The notes beneath the pieces were generated by a model that did no database searches, was not told the origin of the DNA, and worked only from the letters and a program-made list of their open reading frames with translations. From an uncultured Candidatus Saccharibacteria bacterium (GTDB lineage Bacteria; Patescibacteriota; Minisyncoccia; Phycocordibacterales; UBA6065): a stretch of 61,632 nt of DNA. A program made the position numbers and the translations under genes. The stretch spans positions 1 through 61,632 of the forward strand of contig CAZBVG010000004.1 of NCBI GenBank assembly GCA_964495425.1, given 5' to 3'. This document shows, piece after piece, positions 1 to 9,078 of the stretch (position 1 is its first letter; every line of letters starts with the position of its first letter).

Positions 1-700
<700 letters not shown>

Positions 701-886
701 TTTAAAAACCACTTAAACTTTCTCTCAATGATCTATATTTGCTTACAACAAATATAGAACAATACTTTAATTTACCTGTTACTGCATTTTCTTTCCCGGA
801 AAATGCAGGTTTTCATCTACACGATCTAACGTATAGATGAGCCACCTCTTCGCTCTTGAAAAGACCTTCGGATCTTGCGATCCAAA

Positions 887-916
887 ATTCTAACGAGGGT
901 GGGATTCTATTGTCAA
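887..916 (-). promoter_or_regulatory. Candidate sigma70-type promoter for the 23S rRNA
   Basis: On the minus strand: TTGACA (rc of 911-916), an 18-nt spacer, then TAGAAT (rc of 887-892). It sits about 180 nt upstream of the inferred 23S 5' end. Confidence 0.5.
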
Positions 917-930
917 AAAACAGCTTCTCT

Positions 931-956
931 AAACAAAAACCGCTCGAGTGGAGCGG
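931..956 (-). terminator. Intrinsic terminator just upstream of the 23S promoter
   Basis: Hairpin CCGCTC-GAGTG-GAGCGG (940-956), followed on the minus strand by TTTTTGTTT. Confidence 0.55.
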
Positions 957-1186
957 CATCGAAACTGGCCAAGTCAATGGCCTATTTGATGCGCGCTTTT
1001 ACTTGGGTGTTTCTCATATTTAGAGGTAGAAGTAAGTATACTTATCGCGTTAAAAGAGTCAAGCATTCGCCAGCTTTTCTTCACTTTAGTCAAAAAGACC
1101 ATCACCACACGGCTCAACCAGGCCGTAGAATACTTGACAAAAGCAAATAATAATGCATTATATGCTACAGAACACTAGTCCTTTTT

Positions 1187-1624
1187 ATGCACACACACGC
1201 ACAGATGATAGTTACGATAACTGTTCATCCCTTTGGGTTGGACTTTCACTGTCAGGGCGATTTGATATCGTTGGGCCACGAAAGAGCACAAAATGCTCTT
1301 GGAGTATTCTCCGCACACATCGAGAGGGCTGAAAAAAATACTCAGTTCCTCCGCGCTTACCTTTCACACGGATCATCGTTTGTGTTCGAATATCTTTCAG
1401 ATAATCGAGCGCGAGTCATGGATCTTGAATCAGGCAAAGTGGTTATCGAGGGTGAAGCAATTGAACCCTCAGATGACCCCCACAGTTACGGCATCACATC
1501 CGTCAAAGGGTTTGATGAACTCGTTTATCTATTGCATGTTCGTCAACTCAACAAACTCGAACGACACGGTGTCGGTTTGCTTGAGGCGGAACATGCATCA
1601 ACGCAACCTGCCATCCGACACTAA
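1187..1624 (+). CDS. Hypothetical protein (145 aa)
   Basis: Long ORF preceded by TTGACA at 1134-1139. An alternative ATG lies at 1205. No recognisable domain. Confidence 0.5.
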   Translation: MHTHAQMIVTITVHPFGLDFHCQGDLISLGHERAQNALGVFSAHIERAEKNTQFLRAYLSHGSSFVFEYLSDNRARVMDLESGKVVIEGEAIEPSDDPHSYGITSVKGFDELVYLLHVRQLNKLERHGVGLLEAEHASTQPAIRH

Positions 1625-1627
1625 GCA

Positions 1628-1927
1628 ATGAACCCACTTACCTATCTTAATATTCACTGGATTGCTCTCGCAGCACTGTGCATGATGATTGTCATCACTA
1701 TCATCATCGCCGAAGCATCGCATTCGGTCTATGTACCGAGTCGAAAGCTTACCTTTGGCTGCCTGGGCGTCTTGGCAACAATCGCCGTCGGGTACTTGCT
1801 TCACTTTGTCCTAAAATGGGACATCGGTATGCAAAGTGCCCTCGCCAAAGCCGGTGTGGTTGTCACACTTATACTTATTGCAATACTTTTCTTATTTTTT
1901 AAGATCTTTCAAGATCCCAACAAATAG
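1628..1927 (+). CDS. Small integral membrane protein (99 aa)
   Basis: The ORF starts 4 nt after the previous stop. It has three hydrophobic helices and is followed by a terminator. Confidence 0.6.
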   Translation: MNPLTYLNIHWIALAALCMMIVITIIIAEASHSVYVPSRKLTFGCLGVLATIAVGYLLHFVLKWDIGMQSALAKAGVVVTLILIAILFLFFKIFQDPNK

Positions 1928-1933
1928 GAAATC

Positions 1934-1961
1934 AAAAGCCCGCATCACTGCGGGCTTTTTT
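1934..1961. terminator. Bidirectional intrinsic terminator
   Basis: AAAA-GCCCGC-atcact-GCGGGC-TTTTTT between convergent genes. Confidence 0.8.
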
Positions 1962-1967
1962 CTTTAC

Positions 1968-3008
1968 TTATTTATTCCAGAATCCTCGAACAAATCTCCA
2001 ACCGTACTTCGCAATAATGAGAAGTATGAGTATGTAGACTATGTACTGAATCGCCACGAGCACGAATGCAATAAGTCCGATCGTAATCTGCTGAAGGGTC
2101 TGATTTGTATTTGTAACAAATTGTCGAAGCGCATTCTTCCATGAATCAGCAATGTTCTTTCCATCGACATACTTATTCTCATATACATTGATACGGAAGT
2201 ATGTGTAATCAAGTCGATCAAGCTGATCCCCTTTCGCCTTAGCGAGATAATCAAGCTGCGTATTTATATTGATGCGTTCTTGAGTAAGTCGTTCAATGAT
2301 GCCAATTTTGCTATCAATTATTTTCGCGAGACTTCCTGCGTCCTGAGACCTGGTTGCAATGACGGTTATTTCATCATATGCCTCAAGTGCGCTTTTTAAA
2401 GTTTGATCAATAGCAGCGAGTTTCTTTTGAAGAATTTCCGTCTGGCTTGTGAAATCGCTTATCTGCTCCTTAATAGTCTGGATATTTTCTGAAAGTTCTC
2501 GTGGATCAAGATCTTTGATGATAGCGAGTACTTCTGACACATTCTCATGCTTTACCTTAAAAACATGATTGCAACCTCGATCATATGAAGATGAGTTCTC
2601 AAAAATTACATAGGTCTTCGCCTTAAGATCAGTAATCGCTCCACATGTTTCCTCGAGATTATTAGTCTCGATTGTTGCGTTGTAATCCGTAATCTCAAAT
2701 GCCTCGGCATCGTCGCCGGTCGTACCTCCGTACGAAGGAACGATTGGCATCACATTTCGTGCAGAAAGAGAAATTCCACCACCCTTTCCATATGCCACAG
2801 GCGCCATCGAAGACTCGACCGCATAATCATATGCAATACCGGATGGTGAAGGGGCCACCATGCTTCCTACCGTAAAATTACCGTAGCCTCGGTAGCTTGG
2901 CATTGTAGTGCGAGTAAATGCGGATAGAACAAGAATACCAACCACGATCACAGCCCCAACTTTGAGCAGTTTCTGTTTTCGTGGATCAAGAGATCGAAAG
3001 AATTCCAT
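1968..3008 (-). CDS. Membrane-anchored coiled-coil protein, DUF4349-like
   Basis: N-terminal TM helix, a central coiled-coil region and C-terminal TM helices. The architecture resembles DUF4349, recalled from memory. Confidence 0.6.
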   Translation of the reverse strand: MEFFRSLDPRKQKLLKVGAVIVVGILVLSAFTRTTMPSYRGYGNFTVGSMVAPSPSGIAYDYAVESSMAPVAYGKGGGISLSARNVMPIVPSYGGTTGDDAEAFEITDYNATIETNNLEETCGAITDLKAKTYVIFENSSSYDRGCNHVFKVKHENVSEVLAIIKDLDPRELSENIQTIKEQISDFTSQTEILQKKLAAIDQTLKSALEAYDEITVIATRSQDAGSLAKIIDSKIGIIERLTQERININTQLDYLAKAKGDQLDRLDYTYFRINVYENKYVDGKNIADSWKNALRQFVTNTNQTLQQITIGLIAFVLVAIQYIVYILILLIIAKYGWRFVRGFWNK

Positions 3009-3107
3009 AGGAATTAATTAAGAATAATAAGCTAAGTATACCAAAGAAAAGCCGCACTCATGATGACGTGCGGACTCTCCTTTTCTTACAGTTTTAAGAT
3101 ACGAACA

Positions 3108-3497
3108 TTATTCCATCCCCTTACCTGGGAAGCATCGGCCAAGTGAACAGCTGCCGGCGCCACTGCCAAGAATCATCACAAGCGCCGCTAGAACAGCAAG
3201 TGGTGGCAAAAAACCCTGGAGACCCATCGATCGAGACTCGTAGATTGCCACGAGCATTACAATGGAAAGAATCGCTGCTGCATACTGCGAGTAAAAACCA
3301 GCAATGATAAACATACCGCCGATAAACTCAGAGTACGATGCGACATATGCCCAAAAAGGACTAATGCCGAGTGGAGCGAATATTGTCGCGATTGCCGCTG
3401 GCATGTCAGTGACCTTAATCCATCCCGCGTAAACAAATATTCCTCCAATAATGAGCCGAGCTATTAATGTAAGAATATCCTTGTGCCTGCTTAACAT
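3108..3497 (-). CDS. DoxX family membrane protein
   Basis: LIARLIIGGIFVYAGWIKV is a typical DoxX N-terminus, and there are four TM helices. I prefer the ATG at 3497, because the TTG at 3536 abuts the upstream terminator hairpin. Confidence 0.7.
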   Translation of the reverse strand: MLSRHKDILTLIARLIIGGIFVYAGWIKVTDMPAAIATIFAPLGISPFWAYVASYSEFIGGMFIIAGFYSQYAAAILSIVMLVAIYESRSMGLQGFLPPLAVLAALVMILGSGAGSCSLGRCFPGKGME

Positions 3498-3582
3498 AAT
3501 TAAGTAATGATTTTGATAATAGAGTAATGATAGCAAAAAGCCACATCTTTGCGATGTGGCTTTTTACACACCCACCTAACTA

Positions 3583-4278
3583 CTAGTTGTGGTGGTGATC
3601 AGCAATCTCCTGTCGAACCTTATCAATGTAGCGAGCAGCTGCTTCCTGACCGCCAAGACCAAATGCAAGACCGAATGCGAGCGAGAGAGCAACAACAACG
3701 CCAGTAAAAAGAGTCTGAATCAAGCCAACTGCAATACCCAACTGTACGAGCGCTGTTAGAAGAGCAAAAATCCAAATTGCCCACTTAGTAATAGCACCCA
3801 AGACATTAGCCGATCGAACACCAGCCGCCTTTGTTGATGAAACAACAACCTTCGAGAGAACGTCTGCGATGACGATAGCAACAAGAAGAATGAGAACGGC
3901 AACAATAACCTTAGGCAAGTACAAAAGCACTACCTGCTGGAGGAACATATTAACCTGACTGAGACCAAGTACTTCAAATGAAGCGACGAGGAACGCAACG
4001 ATGACAAACCACTTTACGAGACCGCCAATGAATGCACCTGAATCGAGTGTCATTCCTGCGCGCTTAACAACAGCGCCGAAACCAGCCTGCTCCAAAGCAG
4101 CATCGAGCTTAATCATCTTGATCAAGTGAGAAATGAGGCGACCTACGAGCGCACCGATGATCCATCCAATGATGAAGATCACAATTGCTGCTACGAGGTT
4201 TGGAAGGAATGCTACAAGTCCAGCCCAAATTCCTGAGAATGCGCCTGAAATTGTGTTTCCCCACGTTTGCAATACCAT
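3583..4278 (-). CDS. Polytopic membrane protein with conserved TM-helix repeats
   Basis: Repeated hydrophobic helices and a C-terminal HHHN. I prefer the start MVLQTWGN at 4278. Confidence 0.65.
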   Translation of the reverse strand: MVLQTWGNTISGAFSGIWAGLVAFLPNLVAAIVIFIIGWIIGALVGRLISHLIKMIKLDAALEQAGFGAVVKRAGMTLDSGAFIGGLVKWFVIVAFLVASFEVLGLSQVNMFLQQVVLLYLPKVIVAVLILLVAIVIADVLSKVVVSSTKAAGVRSANVLGAITKWAIWIFALLTALVQLGIAVGLIQTLFTGVVVALSLAFGLAFGLGGQEAAARYIDKVRQEIADHHHN

Positions 4279-4459
4279 ATAAGTGAAATTAAGGGTAAGT
4301 GATAAAAGTGTACGAGGTGCTCCACGGCCGCCTTTAGTACGTAACAATTATACAACGAAAAAAATGCATTTGGGGAATCTTGGGGATAATACTCGCCAAA
4401 AGCCTCGTGTATACACATGCAACGTTCTACGTAAAAATCCGGTATACACCGGATTTTTA

Positions 4460-5086
4460 TTATTGCGCTGAAACACCAATTCGATCTAAGAGCACCCTAT
4501 GAGGAAAATCGAGAACATCACGAATGAGTTTGTCGTTCATGCTTTTTCTGTATGCAAAATCAGGGGCAGATAGCACCGCGTAACGAATATCTTTACCCAT
4601 ATCTGACTCAATAGATTTAACAATACGATCCATTGAGGCTCCCTTAATGTTATCTGCAACAACAAACATATCTAATCGCGCTTCTGTGTTTCGAGTAAAA
4701 ATACCTGACACAAGAACCATCTTGAGCTTTCCTGCCTTTTCAAGCTTCTTAACAATTTCCCTATTCTCTACTGAATGGGTTTTTACAAGAAAATCTGTAA
4801 GCGCATCATTATATGTAAATTTTGGATCAAGAACCCACGCTGCTACTTTTGCCTTCTTCGTAATCTCCTTCTTCCCTTTCTTTATAGTCAGCACCTTCGC
4901 TATCTTTATTTGTTTTGCCAATCCAAGCTTTCTAAGAAACACAATTTCATCCTTGATTTCTCGTGGCTTAACAGACATTTTTTGTTCGAGCTGCTCAAAA
5001 TCAAAAGGAGTAAGCGGATTAAATAAAAAGAGCCTCATCATTTTTACTCGTAATGCCGTTCCGAAAAGTGTTGAAAGTATGTCCAT
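4460..5086 (-). CDS. Hypothetical protein with an N-terminal winged-helix-like region
   Basis: 208-aa ORF. The segment LRVKMMRLFLFNP...IVFLRKLGL resembles a wHTH. Confidence 0.6.
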   Translation of the reverse strand: MDILSTLFGTALRVKMMRLFLFNPLTPFDFEQLEQKMSVKPREIKDEIVFLRKLGLAKQIKIAKVLTIKKGKKEITKKAKVAAWVLDPKFTYNDALTDFLVKTHSVENREIVKKLEKAGKLKMVLVSGIFTRNTEARLDMFVVADNIKGASMDRIVKSIESDMGKDIRYAVLSAPDFAYRKSMNDKLIRDVLDFPHRVLLDRIGVSAQ

Positions 5087-5168
5087 AAGTTTGTATCACG
5101 GGAAAGTATACCACCCTGCTTAAAAACTGGCGAAAAATAGAAAATATAAAGGAAAAAGGGGAAAATTG

Positions 5169-5209
5169 AGCCGGAGCGCGCGCTGAATGACACGCTCCGG
5201 CTATTTTTG
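5169..5209 (+). terminator. Orphan strong hairpin plus T-run in a divergent intergenic region
   Basis: 10-bp stem AGCCGGAGCG / CGCTCCGGCT (5169-5178 / 5193-5202), then ATTTTTG. There is no upstream gene on the plus strand. Confidence 0.35.
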
Positions 5210-5408
5210 TCTTCACACCCAGACTACTGTGGGTGGATTAGACGCCATACGTGCTACCCCAACACGTAGGAAATTACATAACTGTATTGATTGTACCTCC
5301 AAAATCTTGCCGGACAAGCACGATGTCCACAGCAAAGATAGGTTGCAAATATTTCTGAGATATATAGTCTGTAACCAGCACCTTAGTTCATCATATACCG
5401 AAACCCCT

Positions 5409-5804
5409 ATGGCTCTTAAACCACTATTTTTAGATGAGAAGCTTATAGAGTTGATAGCGCGCGAGGCACGTAAAGCTGGTCAAACATACGACAAGTTTCT
5501 CTCAGAGAGAGTGCGTCACAAACCCCGTGTAAAAACACGCACTGTGACACAAAAAGTCTCGACAGTTTCGCAACCCGACAACACAACCACCCCGTTTATA
5601 CCTGAAAAAAAGCTCCCCTACGAACCCCCAACTGTTGATGCTGGCGAGTCTCAACAAATAGGTGTTCATCAAGGGCGAGCAGTATGTGGCTTGTGCAGAG
5701 GCGAGGTAATACTTCCCCGCACTCAACTCATGACGTTGCGAAGTCGTGGTCGAAAAATCTACTGTTTGAAATGTAAGCCAATATCTGTCCCCAAGTCGGC
5801 ATAA
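5409..5804 (+). CDS. Small protein with a C-terminal CxxC...CxxC zinc-ribbon-like motif (131 aa)
   Basis: ATG at 5409 (MALKPLFLDEK...). The motifs are CGLCRG and CLKCK. A terminator hairpin at 5795-5816 overlaps the stop. Confidence 0.55.
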   Translation: MALKPLFLDEKLIELIAREARKAGQTYDKFLSERVRHKPRVKTRTVTQKVSTVSQPDNTTTPFIPEKKLPYEPPTVDAGESQQIGVHQGRAVCGLCRGEVILPRTQLMTLRSRGRKIYCLKCKPISVPKSA

Positions 5805-5862
5805 GCCGACTTTTTTATGCAAACAAAAACCACCGAATGTCGGTGGTTTTTGTGGGAAAGAT

Positions 5863-6240
5863 TTACTTAAGTTCAACCTTACCTCCTGCTGCTTCGATGT
5901 CCTTCTTGATCTTCTCAGCATCTTCCTTCTTAACGCCCTCCTTCAAAACCTTTGGAGCGCCGTCAACAAGATCCTTTGCTTCCTTAAGACCGAGGCCGAG
6001 AGCTTCCTTCACAACCTTGATAACGTTGATCTTTGAAGCGCCGCCGTCCTTAAGTTCAACTGTGAATGTTGACTTCTCTTCTGCTGCCGCTGCACCTCCT
6101 GCTGGAGCTGCTACTGCAACCGCTGCTGCTGATACTCCGAACTTCTCTTCGAGGTGCTTTACGAGCTCGTGGAGATCGAGAACTGACATTGATTCGAGAG
6201 AATCAACGAGAGCCTTAAATTTTGCTGGTGTTTCCGCCAT
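5863..6240 (-). CDS. rplL: 50S ribosomal protein L7/L12
   Basis: The [36 protein letters not shown]...KVELK translation is an unmistakable bL12. Confidence 0.97.
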   Translation of the reverse strand: MAETPAKFKALVDSLESMSVLDLHELVKHLEEKFGVSAAAVAVAAPAGGAAAAEEKSTFTVELKDGGASKINVIKVVKEALGLGLKEAKDLVDGAPKVLKEGVKKEDAEKIKKDIEAAGGKVELK

Positions 6241-6274
6241 GTGATTTTACTAAATGCGAATAAATTAAACTGAA

Positions 6275-6766
6275 TTAAGCTGACTTCTTCTTTGCAATCT
6301 CGCTTGTCGCAACCACGAATCCTCGAATTGGAGAATTGAAGAGATTGACGATCTGAGCGTAGAGGGTCTTCTTGTCTGGGATTGAAGAATACGTGAGTAC
6401 TTCTTCTTTCGTGATGTACTTTCCTTCGAAAATACCTCCGAGGATCGAGAGCTTGTCCTTATTCTTTTTAAGGAAAGCACCGACTTCACGAGCTGTCGCG
6501 AGGTTGTCAGTTGAATATGCAACTGCAACTTCTGCACCCATCATAGGCTTTGTGCCTGATACCTTTGCGGCATCGAGCGCTCGGCCCATAAGAGTTTTCT
6601 TTGCGACGAGGAATCCGACGCCCTGAGCCTTGAAGCCCTTTCGCATCGTATTCGCCTCGTTTACCTTAAGTCCCTTGAATCCAACAAAGACCGCGCCTTT
6701 CGAATCTTTAAAGACTGATTCGAGCTCTGCTACGAGCTCCTTTTTCTTGTCTTTGGTGATTGGCAT
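6275..6766 (-). CDS. rplJ: 50S ribosomal protein L10
   Basis: 163-aa uL10-like translation immediately upstream of rplL. Confidence 0.93.
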   Translation of the reverse strand: MPITKDKKKELVAELESVFKDSKGAVFVGFKGLKVNEANTMRKGFKAQGVGFLVAKKTLMGRALDAAKVSGTKPMMGAEVAVAYSTDNLATAREVGAFLKKNKDKLSILGGIFEGKYITKEEVLTYSSIPDKKTLYAQIVNLFNSPIRGFVVATSEIAKKKSA

Positions 6767-6946
6767 GAACTGTGTGACTTACGTCTATTAATGAAAAGGC
6801 CGCCTTGTGGGCGGATGGAGTTGAGACGCCTTGTTAGAGCGTTTCGACCTCAGTAGGAGTGCCTCTTTCGAGGATTAGAGCCCAGCTTTTAAGCTGTTAT
6901 GGCTACCTACTTTCTCCGGCCTTTCGAACATGAGACTACCAGAAAC
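6767..6946 (-). promoter_or_regulatory. Structured rplJ leader (candidate L10-leader-type autoregulatory element)
   Basis: About 180 nt of non-coding leader. It includes GGTAGCCATAACAGCTTAAAAGCTGGGC, which recalls the L10-binding region of 23S. A hairpin CCGCC-cacaa-GGCGG plus CCTTTTC (6793-6814) sits just before the start codon. Confidence 0.45.
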
Positions 6947-6970
6947 ATTGAATTTCTACAAGTCTCCTCT

Positions 6971-6998
6971 TTGACAGATCAAACTCTTTATTTATACT
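6971..6998 (+). promoter_or_regulatory. Near-consensus promoter
   Basis: TTGACA (6971-6976), a 16-nt spacer, then TATACT (6993-6998). Confidence 0.55.
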
Positions 6999-7040
6999 AA
7001 ACATCGAACCCGTTCACCGTTACCTCAAATATATACATAT

Positions 7041-7196
7041 ATGGCCTGGTATAACACCAAAGGGAAAACCAACACGACCCGCTGGAATCCAAGCAACCGC
7101 CGCCGCAATCGACTCGACATGGCCGGACGCGCACGCAAAAAACTCATCGAGGCCGCAAACCTCTTGAAAGTCATGGGGAGTGCCCGCGCGATATAA
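7041..7196 (+). CDS. Small, very basic orphan protein (51 aa)
   Basis: Translation is MAWYNTKGKTNTTRWNPSNRRRNRLDMAGRARKKLIEAANLLKVMGSARAI. This ORF is below the ORF-track cutoff. A promoter lies upstream and a terminator downstream. One 60-nt line inside it counted 63% GC. Confidence 0.45.
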   Translation: MAWYNTKGKTNTTRWNPSNRRRNRLDMAGRARKKLIEAANLLKVMGSARAI

Positions 7197-7209
7197 GTAT
7201 TTCCAACAC

Positions 7210-7237
7210 AAAAGCCGCACACTGTGCGGCTTTTTTT
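7210..7237. terminator. Bidirectional intrinsic terminator
   Basis: AAAA-GCCGCAC-actg-GTGCGGC-TTTTTTT. Confidence 0.8.
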
Positions 7238-7239
7238 CT

Positions 7240-7926
7240 TTACTGAGTTGTTGTCATTGCACCCGTCACCTTATCTGCAGTTACTTTCACCGTGAGAGTA
7301 ACGTTATCACTTACATTAGCCAAGAAATCGAGTTCAGGAATTTTAATGCCATAATCTGATCGCTTGATAGTTGTCTTTGCGGTTCCCACAAGCTTATCTC
7401 CCTCAAACTTCATGGTTACACTAAATTCTGCTAGCTGCGTAACACCTGAAATAATGAGATCGCCTTTAACATTCATAGCCATCTCCCCTGTTTCGGTCGC
7501 ACTTCCAGAATAATCAGTTGAAATAGGCTTGAAAATTATATATTCATTCCCCTCTTTACCTGTATTAAGGATAAATCTATTGAGGGCGTTGTCTCGCTTT
7601 TCACTATCGGTAACAAACGTACGTGCATCTATTTTAATTTCTCCAAAATCTATTTGTGGGCCAGTAAAAGCAACATCTCCTGCAATTTGAGTAGTAGTTC
7701 CAACTACATGTTTAGGCTTTCCACTGAGTGTTTCATCAATCTCATATGTCGCAAGTGACCCTTCTTTAGAGATTCGATATACGGTTGTCTTGTCCGACAA
7801 AGGGTTGAGAGTACCCGTAACTGTTTGAACATCAGTTGTTGGCACTGATACCGGTGCAGTGATATAGAGGTATGCCGCAACACCGACAGCGCCCACAATA
7901 ACCAAGGTTCCTAATATTTTTTTCAT
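7240..7926 (-). CDS. YceI-like domain protein, secreted or anchored
   Basis: N-terminal signal/anchor MKKILGTLVIVGAVGVAAYL. YceI-like beta-barrel segments include IKIDARTFVTDSEKRDNALN. Confidence 0.7.
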   Translation of the reverse strand: MKKILGTLVIVGAVGVAAYLYITAPVSVPTTDVQTVTGTLNPLSDKTTVYRISKEGSLATYEIDETLSGKPKHVVGTTTQIAGDVAFTGPQIDFGEIKIDARTFVTDSEKRDNALNRFILNTGKEGNEYIIFKPISTDYSGSATETGEMAMNVKGDLIISGVTQLAEFSVTMKFEGDKLVGTAKTTIKRSDYGIKIPELDFLANVSDNVTLTVKVTADKVTGAMTTTQ

Positions 7927-8116
7927 AAGTAATTGTAAATTGAATGAAGCTTTCAAAACCGCTTGTAGATTTTAGCACTTTGGATGAGATTGGCCCATAT
8001 TTTGACTTATGTGAAAGTATATGTTAGTTTTGACCCCGGACTGAAGGGAGCTACACATGTGCATTGTGCACCTGTGTATTGCCCTTCTACTCTTCACAGA
8101 ACAGGAAATACCACAT

Positions 8117-8878
8117 ATGAAACTGATTCGGTTCATCCTCGCGGCAGTCACCTTGTCGCTCCTCGCGTTGCCCTTCCGGGCGATGGCGATCACAGTCTAC
8201 AACACGAGCATCACGGCAATCTACGGTAGCGGAAATCCCGACACGGGGTGGACCGCCGACAATTCGAACGGCCTCACCCTCGCACTTCGCGCGAAGGGAC
8301 GCAACGACACTGTCTATGCGGGGACGACCCCCAATGACAGTGCTGGTACGTACACATTCGGCACGCAAACCGGTGCGCGCGGACCCTTCAACTACGAGTT
8401 CTCAATCAATTCTGGGACGGCAACGCTCACGAGCTATGATTTCTATCTGGCCGTCGATCAAGATCACTCTGCGGGGTTTACCCCCGTAACAGTGAACCCG
8501 CTGACTTATTGGTTGGACAACTCGTACGGCACCGGCACAACAGCAAATGGTGCAGGCACGGAGACCGGTTTGTTTCCCGGCGCGACTGTTGCCCAAAACT
8601 CGCAAAACATCACATTCGGTGGTTATCCCGGCGGCGCCCTCGGCCTCGTTCCCGACGCGACTTATACCTATGAACTCTACGCAGTTCAATCAGGTGCAGG
8701 TGCAAACGGAACAAGGTTGGCGAGTGTGAGCATGAATGTTGTCGTGGGTGGAGGTGGAGCCGTTCCCGACATCGGTTCATCGGCACTCCTGCTCGGCATC
8801 GGTCTGAGCGGTCTGATGGTTCTCCGGAAACGCCTCACACGCGAATCCGACGGATCCAGCATGGCCGCCGCAGCTTAA
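8117..8878 (+). CDS. Secreted protein with a VPDSG/PEP-CTERM-like C-terminal sorting signal (253 aa), in a high-GC island
   Basis: Signal peptide MKLIRFILAAVTLSLLALPFRAMA. The C-terminal segment AVPDIGSSALLLGIGLSGLMVLRKRL provides the motif, a TM helix and a basic cluster. AGGAAA lies upstream of the ATG at 8117. Lines counted inside the gene gave 63% and 52% GC. Confidence 0.8.
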   Translation: MKLIRFILAAVTLSLLALPFRAMAITVYNTSITAIYGSGNPDTGWTADNSNGLTLALRAKGRNDTVYAGTTPNDSAGTYTFGTQTGARGPFNYEFSINSGTATLTSYDFYLAVDQDHSAGFTPVTVNPLTYWLDNSYGTGTTANGAGTETGLFPGATVAQNSQNITFGGYPGGALGLVPDATYTYELYAVQSGAGANGTRLASVSMNVVVGGGGAVPDIGSSALLLGIGLSGLMVLRKRLTRESDGSSMAAAA

Positions 8879-8931
8879 CTTCTGTCAGCTCCTCAGATAT
8901 AGCAAACCACCCCCTTACGGGAGTGGTTTTT

Positions 8932-9066
8932 TTATTGATTCACTGTTGCCGCCTGGTTTTGCGTGGCTTTTTGATTGATATATCCTGCAAAAAACAAAGT
9001 GACGATACTTGCAGCAATGATCATTGTAAAACCAAGAGCGAATTTAAAAAATGTCTTATCAAACAT
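8932..9066 (-). CDS. Small single-pass membrane protein (44 aa)
   Basis: MFDKTFFKFALGFTMIIAASIVTLFFAGYINQKATQNQAATVNQ begins 12 nt downstream of the LTD/PKD gene. It is below the ORF-track cutoff. Confidence 0.4.
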   Translation of the reverse strand: MFDKTFFKFALGFTMIIAASIVTLFFAGYINQKATQNQAATVNQ

Positions 9067-9078
9067 GTACGTATCATA

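Noticed and set aside
875-1150. A 91-aa plus-strand ORF, and a possible 5S-like or small-RNA gene on the minus strand, between the 23S promoter and the first protein gene.
   Set aside because: - The ORF starts at a non-ATG codon, overlaps the rRNA promoter and terminator, and has an odd composition.
- The weak resemblance to the 5S loop C region (GACTAAAGTGAAG) is not supported by a 5S-type helix I or by the length.
- A 5S gene upstream of the 23S would also be misplaced.
5187-5408. The N-terminal 74 codons of the listed 205-aa ORF 5187-5804.
   Set aside because: - The upstream part starts inside the orphan hairpin at 5169-5209.
- Its sequence is Cys/His/Thr-rich and low in complexity.
- The ATG at 5409 gives a compact 131-aa protein, so the shorter call is preferred.
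7020-7222. Two overlapping minus-strand ORFs of 65-66 aa.
   Set aside because: - Their start codons fall inside the 7210-7237 terminator hairpin or right at its edge.
- The translations are Arg/Leu-rich mirror images of the plus-strand ORF, which has its own promoter and terminator.
8117-8878. The high-GC PEP-CTERM-type gene as a simple assembly chimera.
   Set aside because: This is not fully rejected. Low-GC, CPR-like genes with matching terminators continue on both sides within one contig, which favours a real insertion. Read-level validation is listed under the finding.
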